In this document: positions 24,001 through 34,921 of the stretch, one piece after another
How positions within the stretch are numbered: position 1 is the first letter of the stretch
Layout of the letters: each line of letters starts with the position of its first letter
Program-made: the position numbers and the translations under genes
From: Folioceros fuciformis
Taxonomy: Eukaryota
Reading direction: 5' to 3'
NCBI GenBank assembly: GCA_049999805.1
Contig: JBNGIO010002532.1
Location: forward strand, 1-37,324
DNA length: 37,324 nt
Notes under the pieces: model-generated
The model's input: only the letters and a program-made list of their open reading frames with translations
Database searches by the model: none
Told to the model about the DNA's origin: nothing

Positions 24001-25109
24001 CAGGACGGCCTCGTAAATGAGGAACATAATAATGTTTGAGGGTTACAGAAAAACCTGGCAAAACGCAGCTAATGTTACCCATGTACACATGTAATGAGTT
24101 AGGTAGGCTGTACTCAGAGCCACAAGAATGGCTCACCTCGTCCCTTTCTCATATCCTTGTGTTGTCCACAGTGCAGCAGAGAGTGTGGTATGCCATGTAG
24201 ACAAAGCCTGTCCGCACCCCCCACCGTAGCCCAATCCAGTGTAGCACTTGTCCCTATCCTTAAACTCGAGCCTTTCACATGCATGTATGATATGCAGCAG
24301 AAACCCTCACTTGCAAAATGCCACAGTTTGTAGCGTCGAGGGCATGGAATATTGCAAAGGCAACAGAACCAAAAGCATTGACTGTAACCCGACACACCTT
24401 GCACGCGATAGTTGGGGGACGCCGCGTATGCAGAACATGTGGATTCTCATGGATATGAGTTTTATATGACAGTACGGCCAACAGCACATAGTGTGCATGC
24501 AAACGAAGGCAAAGTTGTGGTTGTTGGAGGCATAATGTGGCCATCTTCTAGACCATGTTTCAATGCCTACGAGGTGAACTGATGATGACTTGTCCAGGGC
24601 ATGCCATCCCCAATAACCTAACCTAAGTCTATTGAATATGGTGCGTCGGTAGACCGACACACCACCTATTCGAAAGATATCATGTTGATGTTTATGACGA
24701 TAGGCTCATACAAAAATAGGGTCATCATGGTTCGCCTTAGAATCAACAACTACATCTAAATCTCTAAGCCATTGAGCATCTGTGTTGCCAAAGTCATCAC
24801 CTTCCACCTCTAACACTAAAAAGTGGGGGTCGTCTATTGTTTGGGGTGGTATAGTATCATTCTTATCCCACACCGTAATAGCCTAAAGGTTCTCTACTGG
24901 CCTATCATTATTTTGGGACCTCTCTGTTCTTCCTTGAAAGATTGTACACTTGCATTTTGCAGTCAACGCTGCCATCTCCGGACACTTCTTTTGCCCAGAA
25001 CTTTGATGGTTTGCGTGCGAAACTTTGGTCTCTCATCCAGCGACTCTCTAGTGGGGATAGACCAACGAACATGTCAACTGACAGGACAGCATTATGAGCA
25101 ACGATAACA

Positions 25110-25410
25110 CCAACAAGCCGATGAGGCTAGGTTGTGGTGCAAGGCCCATAGTGTCCTATAGAGGGTAAAGCAACTAGCAAGAAGAGGGAGCTCATGCCAT
25201 GGCGAGCTATTAATCTGGCCGGGATCTACTTGTTAAGGGCCATTGATTTCTTCCTAAGCCATATAGCACAAAGAAGGCAAGCTTGAGATATTGGGGTTGT
25301 TGGTCATGGACGATTAGAGGACCAGTTGGGGCGCAATGGATGTGTGGTAATGTTCTAAAACATGAATAGCAAAACCGGGCCATGGTTGCTCAAGAGGCAA
25401 GTGGGCACGC
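25110..25410 (+). mobile_element. Highly decayed Ty3/gypsy integrase fragment (zinc-binding end and start of core)
   Basis: EARLWCKAHSVL*RVKQLARRGELMPWRAI..RAIDF, then a frameshift to LLVMDD*RTSW. This resembles the CxxCxxCQR..MPL..WAIDF..IIVATDYLTRW pattern of gypsy integrases. Confidence 0.45.
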
Positions 25411-25693
25411 TGCAAGGAGTTAATCGAAAGGCTAAGTAGAATAGTTTGTGTATTGCCAATTTTATTTAAATGTGTTGAGAAGAACGAGAGCCTAAATTAG
25501 CCAAAAGCTAATGAGGGTCTAAGTAATTCCTTTGTTGTGCACGGGAAGATTATCTTTCAATTTTTCTCTAAATACCAAGGTCAAATTTGTATTTCACTTT
25601 TTATCATATATTTTAAAGGTCCTTAATTCCTCAAACTCTAATTTTCAACATCATCAACCCCCTACATAAGCAACGGAGGGTTGTGTAAGTGAT

Positions 25694-25786
25694 AAAGTCC
25701 ATAAGTACTCTCCCTTGCTACAAGAGCATATTTTGATCCCATAGCTTTTAAGACCGATGGAGCCATGCGCAAGGACTTTTCAAGGT
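25694..25786 (-). repeat. Dispersed repeat, inverted copy of 15126-15259
   Basis: Minus-strand accttgaaaagtccttgcgcatggctccat and tcttgtagcaagggagagtacttatggacttt match plus-strand accttgaaaagtccttgcccatggcccccat and tcttgtaggggagaatatttatggacttt near 15126-15259. Confidence 0.7.
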
Positions 25787-26890
25787 TCATCAAGGAGTGT
25801 GTAAAGGTATATTATAGTTCTAAGAATAAGTTTATGCCTCTTTCCTTTGTGGTGACCTTTCAACGATGAGTATCCACTTCTTTGCAAAGAGCATTAGCCA
25901 ACAAAGTTTTAGAATAGTAACGAGCATAGATCAAATGGCTTCTTTGGCACCAGTGGTGGGTAGGCCTTTTATTATTCTACATCGCGACAATTTAAGAGTA
26001 GTAGGTATTTTTTTGAGAATGATGTTTGAAGGGCATAATATCTTTTTTGGCCTTTGGCCCTACTTGCGTTATTATTAATATGTTTGGAGTAGATGAGACT
26101 TTCCATTATTTTTTTCAATAGTAAAAAATAGCCCACATGGAGTTTTCAATGTGATGATCTAAAGCGAGTTAGGATAGCTCCTCTCATAGACTCTGATGTT
26201 GCACAAGTGAGAAGTGTACATAAAGTTGATAGACTGAATATGAGGAGTAGAAATCTTTTCTTTTCTTTTTTTTATTGAATTTTTAAAAAAATATATTTGA
26301 ATGTTCAAGGGTTTTGATATATTTAACTACTATGAAAGTGAAATAAGTTCTTATATTGTTAGTGCCAATAAATATGTTTGAAGTATTGTTAACGCACTGA
26401 ATAACAAGATTCTTGATCTTTGTGTGCTGTTGCTTGTTATCTATTCAGTCCTAAATTTTATCTTCAAGATATAGATGAGCGTATATTGTCAGTAAAGTTT
26501 GGAACTATGTCATTTAATGCAAATACTAATGTAGTCAACCCTTTTGCAATGATGAGATGTGTTAAGTTGAGTTGCTAACATTTGTGTCTAACTTGAAGTC
26601 TTCTTATGTGGGATTGAGTATATCGGCAGCTCACAAAATATACTCAACATCTCAGTAGCGGGTAGTATTGACCCATGTATATTATGTCTAAAAAAATCTT
26701 TGTGATGAATAACATAAGAACTAATCTTAACATTCTCACTCTTCATGTAGTAATGGGTATATCTATCAATGGTTCTCCTCTTGAGGAGTGTCATGGAGCA
26801 TGAAAAGTTTGGAACTATCGATGTCCCGAGTGTGAGCTTGTCCCGAGGCAACTCCACTAATCTTAGCTGTGAGAACTATGGAACTACCTC

Positions 26891-27059
26891 GTCCCATAGC
26901 TGGGATAGTCTCAGCAGTCCCGACAGTGGGATTGCCATGTCCCAAAGCTGGGAGAGTCCCGGCAATCCCAGCGATAGGACTGCCATGTTCGAAGGCTAGG
27001 ATAGTCCCGGCAATCCTAGCAGTGGGACTGCCATGTCCCATGGCTGGAACAGTCTTGGA
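26891..27059. repeat. 48-bp tandem repeat x3.5
   Basis: Units start at 26891, 26939, 26987 and 27035; consensus gtcccatagctgggatagtcccggcaatcccagcagtgggactgccat. Confidence 0.9.
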
Positions 27060-27217
27060 TGCGGCTCCCTTGCCTCTTGTTACTTGCCCACTTGTCAGCA
27101 GCATAGTATTTGGAATTGCTATAGCCCGAATTGGGCCAAAGTTTCGGCAATCCAAAGCATGAGTCCGCCACAAAGGGTCCCCCTTGCAAAGAACAAAACA
27201 TGCTGGGAGAGCATATG

Positions 27218-27950
27218 CTCCTACCCCCCCTAGCCATTGAAGCTTGTATGCCGTAGTGCTGAGGCTGCCAGAGAAGCAGCACATAGTGGACAATACCACA
27301 GCTGCTCCGACACCTCGGAGAGAGGCGGCTGCAAGCAAAATGGTGCTCGCTGTTGCAGTGGTAGCACAGCAACATCAGCTCAGGGTCATCTATTCTCCTG
27401 CAAATTTGGTATGGGTAATCAACCGGAGGTACCCAATCATTGGTGACAATGGTTGGATCCAAGTTGGGCAAATGGCAAGGCGCACAATTTTTCATGTGAT
27501 CCTTTGTGGTACATCCATCTGATCCTTGTAGCACTAGCACACCATTGTCCTTGCCCTCTTGAACTCGTAGCACATGTCGACTGGTGGTGGTGTCAAGGGT
27601 GTCTCCCACTTGCTTCTACAAGTAAACAAAGTCTCCCACCTAGAATTTCTTAAGCTTGGGTCTGAAGCTGCTGCTGCGAGTGTGGGCATATCTAAGGGTG
27701 TCCCGATGTTGGGCAATCCTCAAATTAGCCATGGCCATCAACATGGTTTGCCGAAACAGCATGGCACGCTGACCAATGACCGTTGCCCAAATTGCAGGAT
27801 CATCAAGATCCACTACCTCATAGAGTTGCTTGGCAATGGAGCTAGGCGGCATGGGTTCCCTCCCAAACAACAAGAAGTAGGGGCTGAAATGTGCCAAGAA
27901 GGCATGCTGACTCATACAGTAGAACAGCCCTATGATAGGCAAAGGGTGCA
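27218..27950 (-). mobile_element. Ty3/gypsy retrotransposon remnant: integrase C-terminus fused to a PHD finger, followed by a polypurine tract
   Basis: One frame reads FSPYFLLFGREP..AMANLRIAQHRDTLRYAHTR..F*VGDFVYL*KQ..HMKNCAPCHLP..YQICRRIDDPELMLLCYHCNSEHH, then frameshifts to FCLQPPLSEVSEQLWYCPLC. TAG stops at 27640-27642 and 27616-27618. AGGGGGGGTAGGAG lies at 27231-27218. Confidence 0.85.
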
Positions 27951-28837
27951 GATGAGGGTTCTGGATGGTGAAAAAGCCGTGGTTTTTGGTCGGTCCATCT
28001 TAAGATGAGGGTGACAAGGGTGGGGGAGCAATTAAAGTTGATGACAATACACTGAGGTATTTTCTATCATTGAAAAAGAGATGGAAAGTCCATCTACTCA
28101 AAAGAGGAACAACCCCAGAAAGGCCAAAAAGGTACTAGCCCCTACACTTGCATGATTGATCTTGCGAGGCGTGGGCCATTCGAGTGAGACAAAGACCATG
28201 CTATTGTCATGTGCAAGCTAAAGTAATGTTATAGACTTGAGGTTGTTTTTAAATGTATGCAAAAGTTATGGCAACATAGAGTGGAAGGACTAGTGTTTTC
28301 AAAGCAGTGTTAGGCTGTACCCCAGAATGGGCCCGCACATGTGCTCAAGGCAATGCCTATGTTGAGCCTGATAGGTGTAGTTAGCTCAAAACACATAGAG
28401 TGAAAGCATGCACCAACAAGAGACTTGAAGTGGCCAGCTTAAAGGTACATAGAAATTACGCATGCGCAATGACTTCGGCGATCATGTCAAGGCTTGAGAA
28501 GAAAAAAGTGTTGCAAGTAATGGGTACCTTGCGCATCGATTTGCATGGTTCTGTCCGTTATGGGTTGACAATGACATACATGGGAAAACTTCTCATGGAG
28601 ATAGGTACGAGACATGTATCTAAAACCGACGTAAATGTCCGTCCTGGAAAGAAAGCAAAGTTGCAGCTACAACTGAAATAGTTGAAACACATATATATCC
28701 CACCAGAAATGAAAACCTAAAATGAATATGTGGTGCAAGCGGTACTGCCTAATAGTCATTGTCTCCAATGTCCGAAATTCATCAGACACTCTACTAAGGA
28801 GCTCCATTGTGTCAGATTCAATCTGGTTCCCACACAT

Positions 28838-31800
28838 CTATATCGGACGTCTTAATGATTTAACACCCCATACGTCATCCGCGAACTCCCGTATAGTCCG
28901 ATCGCTGCTGAATTTTCCCGAAGACGCTGTGCTCAAGATGCTCATTTTCAACCAGCGAGTGCGATCAACGAAAGCTTTATCAACGGCAGCCTGTCAACGA
29001 CGCTTCGTTAAACACCTTGCTGAAGCACATGCCTCCTGCCGGTCATCAAGGGATGCAGGGAAGACACCAAAATTCGTACCTGTGCCTCCAAGTAGCTTGC
29101 AAAGTCGTTTCCTAGGAGGTAGAAATCTCCACCCTGCCCATCCAAGGTATCGCACAATGGCCCGAACACTTCTTTATGCCCAAAAACGCCACTGCGTATC
29201 ATTCTGCAGACGAGGAAAGAGTTACACGACGCAAAGAATTGCATGCCAAATACTTGCACACGGACACTCACCCTACAACCCGCAGAAATTCCAAAGGAGG
29301 ATTAAAGTTCCGTCGTTCCTCTCGCAGTTGAGCCACTTGGTCTGCCGTGACACCGAAGATGAACTGCAAAACACATCAAATCTTTAATGTTTGTTATGTG
29401 GTCCTGTACCAGAATGACTCAGCAGAAATTCGAAACTTATTTACCATGTTGTCGACCCCTATCTCATCCCGAATCTCAACGTTTGCTCCATCCATTGTAC
29501 CAAGAATAATACAGCCGTTCATTGCGAATTTCATAATGCTCGTTCCTGACGCTTCATTGCCAGCTAGACTGGGGCCCAGTGAGTGGATGTCAGAAAATCG
29601 TTTCAAAGAGTTTGAGAGTGAACAAGAGCTTTCTTTCGAACAATCTACTAACCTGATGTGTTGAGACAGATCACTAGCAGGTATGATTAGCTCTGCAACC
29701 GATACGTTGTAATCTGGAATGAACACCTGTGTGTACGAGGAGCCGTGAATACACAGCAGCAAGCATCACACAGAATCAGCTACAACTAGCTCACGCGACG
29801 GCAAGGATCACACTCACCACTTTCAGAAGATTCTCAACGTCTGCATCATTGTTTATAATTTTACCAATTGCATGTATCAACTTGACTATCAGCTTCGCGA
29901 CGTCATAACCTGGAGCAGCTTTCCCACCAAAAATGCAGACACGAGGGACGACACGTCTCCTCTCTTCAGGAGACAAGTTCTACAACATGATACTTGCAAG
30001 GATCAATGACGACAGACCTAGATTCAGACTTGCAAGTTCTTTGGACAGATTGCAGGACGTGGTACATGGAGATGGGCGTCACCTTTATGCAGTCATAACG
30101 GTGGATGATGCTCAGCACATTGAGAAGCTGCCTCTTGTATTCGTGAATGCGCTTGGTCTGGACGTCGAACATTGCATCGATGCTCACCTGAATTGGACAG
30201 CTGCGGTTAATCACAGCATCATATAATGCAGATGAACACGGAGGTGCACTTCAAATACCTTCACGCCCGTTAACTTTTCAATATATCTTGCCAGCCGCTG
30301 CTTGTTGTGACGCCGAACCTGACACAATGACGGTGTTGAGATGTGATCTGACTAGTAGAACAGACTCGTGCCATTATAAGGTGCCCTTTCAGTACCTGGA
30401 ACCACTCCTGTTGTAAGTTGAGATCATTCGCGTGCTCCTTAAGCCCCAGTAACAAATCTAGATTGGTAATCCAGGACTCTGTACCCAGCCATTTGGTTAT
30501 GACCTCCCGTAGTCCTTGGTTCGAGGAAGCTAGCCATCGCCGCTATTCGAAAAATCAAGGAATTCCACATCAGTTTTCTCCAAGCGCAGCTCAGAGGGAA
30601 AAAGGGATAACGTCGATCCACAACATTCGCATATCATGGCTTCCAAAACGGAAGACAGGCGAAGCAAGATCAAACCTGAGTGACGCCATTCGTCTTGTTG
30701 TGAAATTTATGAGGCGAGATGTCGAAAAAGTCCTGCACAGAGAGAACGTAGAGAATTCTTCATTGCATCCAACACTATCTGAGGAAGAGCAATTGGTAGA
30801 CGATATACATCTGCATAAGTTCCAAAATTTTGTGCAGCACAGGGTATCATGCCTTGAAGACGTTCTGCTTGAGGTGCAGAGAGTGGATTTCAGCCACCCC
30901 ATTAACTGCGTGACATGCTACCAGACCCAGTGTTGCCATTCTTACGGCCTGCTACAAGCACAGGAAATGATAGGCAACCACTTACAACACTTCCAAACTA
31001 TAATTAAAAATTCGCAAGTGCAGAACCAGAGCTTTCATGTAAGATGCAGTGCAAACCTTTTTTTCTCCCTCCTCAATAATAGACATTCTAGCCAAGCGGT
31101 CATAGTCATTTCCAATTTTCTTCTTCAGGTCTTCAAGAAATTGGTAATTGATCTCGTAGATGATCTTAAGGGAACAGAACAGAACAGAACAGATCAATAC
31201 ACAAGGAACGCACGACACATGTATCTCAAATGACAACTAGCCATGGCATTCATTTGATTACTTTATCTGAAGAAGTTGACTCTTAAGCAGAATAGAATAT
31301 TATGAACAGAACAGCCAGCGGAATTCGATGGTGCCAGTCAGCTGTGCGGAAACCCATTGAGCAAAGAGATCTCACACACCTAACAGAATCAGCTTGGCCA
31401 GAACTTTAATACCTGCAGATGGCGTGGTAAAACTTTTTCTAGAAGCTCTACTTGCCACTTCTCCAGTGCCTCCGGAAGTACAGTGTGCACCGTGAAAGAG
31501 AAAACCTGTGTAGTGATTGCCCAGGCTGTGCTCCACTCAAGCTCTTCAACATCCACTAAAAGACGCATTAGTTCTGGCACCCCAATGATTGGATGGGTGT
31601 CATTGAGGTGTAAGGCGACCTGGGGAGAAACAATAAGTCAGTTAAACCCGAATGCTGACAATTGTCAATCAGAATTGCTTGCTCAATGTTCAGGCACATA
31701 TGCTCAACTGTCAGTGATAGTTGGTTACAAGTGCTATGACGAGGACATAACGCAATTCTTTACTTTATCAGGAAACTCATCGAAAGTTGGATGGTGGTCC

Positions 31801-34386
31801 TTGTATCGTCGAACCACGTCCTGCAGAGATGCCGAGACAAAAAAGTGCTGTTGCTTCAACCTAAGCTCCTTACCCTGCATATGACGTCATCAAACACTTG
31901 GGATGAGACATCGTTAGTGGTGTCATAAAGTTACGATGCCACAAAACACATAGATGGAGCTCGACTTGAGGGACCAAGCGCATCTGCAACAGACCTGATA
32001 AGTTCGATCATCCGGATAAAGAATGCTGCTGATGGTCTCCGCTCGCTGTTTACTGAGGATAGCATTCACATAATCCCCTGTATTGAATGATTGCTATCCA
32101 AGTGTACAAAGTCCTCATAAGCCATAGTACAGCACGAATTCCAGGCCCAACACAAGGACCCGTTACATAAAACTGGACATGCTATACTGAAAATGTGGGC
32201 AGGATCGCTACCAAATCAATTTCTCCACTTGGTTTAGCGGCCCAAAGGCGCATATTTATCGTGTTGTTCGTACCATAACCGGGAATAGGGTTGTCATAAG
32301 CAACAGCTTCAACCTAACATGAGCCAGATGTGAAACATCAGGAGGCAGAATGAGCAGCTGAGTGAGACACGAACAGCACACCAGAGTCGAGGAATAGCCA
32401 AACTTACTAGTTCTCCAGGAATCCATTTAAAATGCTTCTGCCCATTGCGCAACTCTTGTTCTACTGTTCCATAAAACTGGACATGGCACACAACCGAAAA
32501 ATTCAAATAGAGACCTGTGCACAAAATTCTACCAACGACTTGTAAATCAGGAGGCAAAACTCACTTGCACAGAGTATGTGACATGCACCCGCTCAATCTC
32601 CCATGGATTCCCAAAGTTCAGCCAATAGTCAGGCTGCTCGTGTTGATACCCATCTTGAATTGTCTGCCTGAACATGCCATACTGGTACCGAATGCCATAC
32701 CTAACCCGGAAACAAAAGTGCTCATTAGAGGACCATCACAACCAAAGCATTGCCAGAACAGCGTTCTCTCAGCTGACAGGCACGTACCCCCAAGCTGGAT
32801 AGTCTAGCGTTGCAAGAGAATCCAGGAAACACGCAGCTAGGCGTCCCAGTCCTCCATTGCCCAAGGCAGCGTCCCGTTCCTGCACGCGAAGACATTAGAC
32901 TGATTTCCATGCCCGGGCTTGTGAGACGGTGAATTACCATCGGGGCTCATGTCTGGAAAAGAGAAGCCCAGGAGAACATCACATTCTCACCCAATCAATT
33001 CAATTCTACTACTGAATCGAAAGTAAGCCTATCCGACATGCCTGACGTTATCACAGATATCAGCTAATTGGCAACTGCCTGACCTTATTGGTTCCTGAAA
33101 TTGCATACCAGCTCCCTAACATGCTGCAAACCAAATTTTATACGATACTGCCACGTTTAGGTGGATACGATTTAATGATGGAAGGGTAGCCAGCCAAATC
33201 AGTCCCTTTCCAAACACCTACCTGTTCCACCAACACCTCCAAGTTGTAGCCTAGCTGCCTTAATGCTTCGGCGTATTGATCCTTGATTCCAAGATTGAAA
33301 ATGCTGTTAAGCAAGGAACGACCTACGCATGACGTGCATGGTCAGAGTCATCAAGTCGCACCTGCTGTTTGCAAGCGAGACATGAATGTTCAAATAGAGT
33401 TCACACACCCATCAAGAACTCCATGGACAGGTAGAACACTCGTTTCACATCCCTGTCCCTAAAGAACTGCTGGGTATCATTCCAGCTCTCAATAAGACGG
33501 TCCCGTACACTGTAAGCTGTACCCTGCACAATGTTCTCAACCGATTGTGAGAACCCAGAACTTGACCACTGGCAACACAATAAGGAATCAGGTGGCACAT
33601 CCCAGCCGGCAACTTCTTTGAGGATACCTGGTAGGCCTCAAAGTCATCGAACTTGAACCGTGACCGAGCAACCGTGTACTCAACATGATCCACTATACTT
33701 TTTTGTATACTCCTCACGTCATCCTTCAAATACTGGTCCACTATGCTGTACAAGAGCGCTGTTCTCCCTTTCATCTCCGGTGTCTCCAGCAGATCATCTG
33801 CTTTTCTGGAGAGTACAGAAAGCGGTCGGCTTTGCACCTTTCCCTTCCCTGAAAGAAGCTCCTCATCCAAGACTGACAGCAAAGCTTTTGTTATGTTTTT
33901 CTTATCCGCGGAGTTCAAAATCTTCTGCCCCTGCTTGTCCGTGAGATGGAAGGATTTGGAAACATACTCTCCGTCTTCAAGGTCAATTGCAGCTCTGGAC
34001 ACCTGCAAACCGAGGTCCTGAAAAGTGGAAATCACCCTTTGCAGTAATGCTGGCCTGTTGAAAGCCTTCACACGTATCACAGTGTGTTCCTCAGAGCTGT
34101 CGTTGTCCACCGTAACAACACTGGAAATAGAATTCCCAGCTCTGCGGGAGGCGGATAAATCTGGACGGGTATCCACGACGTCCACGGCGTTCTTCCTCAG
34201 TTGAGCAATCGTGAGACAGGCAACCTTGTTGACCGGGCAAACCGTGAAACCACCACATGGCAACTTACTCCTCAGAGCACGTCCATGATACGAAGAATGC
34301 CGAGCTCCATACTCCCGAGAGTGACTCTCGAATTCTGCTTTGGCCAAGAAAGGAGTCTGTGCTGCTACATGCGCCAGGCTCCCCAT
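28838..34386 (-). CDS. Alpha-1,4-glucan (starch/glycogen) phosphorylase with transit peptide and N-terminal ACT domain, ~1030 aa
   Basis: 22 exons: 34386-33628, 33523-33409, 33322-33222, 32879-32788, 32700-32565, 32476-32408, 32313-32212, 32093-31995, 31874-31764, 31619-31413, 31164-31057, 30948-30853, 30732-30676, 30542-30396, 30318-30259, 30187-30083, 29979-29818, 29726-29653, 29568-29445, 29363-29272, 29203-29080, 28990-28838 (3093 nt). GT35 motifs [79 protein letters not shown] (PLP Lys), FSSDRTI. Confidence 0.95.
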
Positions 34387-34921
34387 CACAATTCCCGAAT
34401 TCAGACACCTTCCAACTCTTCAATGCAGCTTGGCTTTGGAAGGAGTGAACATTTCTCCCAGCGTCGACTGGAATGATTTCGTTGCCAGCGTCATTCCCTG
34501 CGAATGTACTAGAATTGTTGACTGAAGTCACAACACAAGTTGTTAGAGCTTCCCTTTTCACTCGCATGCACTGGCTGACCGGGGAACGAAAGCTATTTTG
34601 CTACAGAGCATTCGGTTCCCCTCTCATGATGACATCCCGGTCCAGGGGATGAATTTCACGGCCAGGGGATCTCCTACCACAGACACTCGCAGTGGTGGGG
34701 CAAAGATTGCATGGCTTGAACAAGCGGCAGCAAGCGAGCCAGAGAATTCCACTCATGCAACAACGCCGATAGGTATGTCGTGGGACCTACGAAGATATTT
34801 CTAGCTTCCGGGCGCATGTACACTGCTCCGGGCGTTCTTAATAGTGAATAAAACAGTTGGAACATGAAACGTTACATTTGTGTAAGATGGCCTAAAGGAA
34901 TCTACAGATTCTCAGTGTCTG

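Noticed and set aside
23560-24720. Cys/His-rich short ORFs suggesting a DNA-transposase remnant (hAT, MULE or KDZ)
   Set aside because: Only vague and mutually inconsistent motif resemblances in different frames and strands. A profile search would be needed.
26891-27059. CRISPR-like array
   Set aside because: Head-to-tail units without unique spacers, a eukaryotic context and no cas genes.
28722-31884. Long plus-strand ORFs (221 aa at 28722, 271 aa at 30418, 133 aa at 31483)
   Set aside because: They are antisense to phosphorylase exons and introns and have no recognisable domain. Shadow ORFs.
32880-33221. Longer-than-average phosphorylase intron 3 (342 bp) as another ncRNA host
   Set aside because: No box C/D pair with a terminal stem and no H/ACA layout found on the sense strand.
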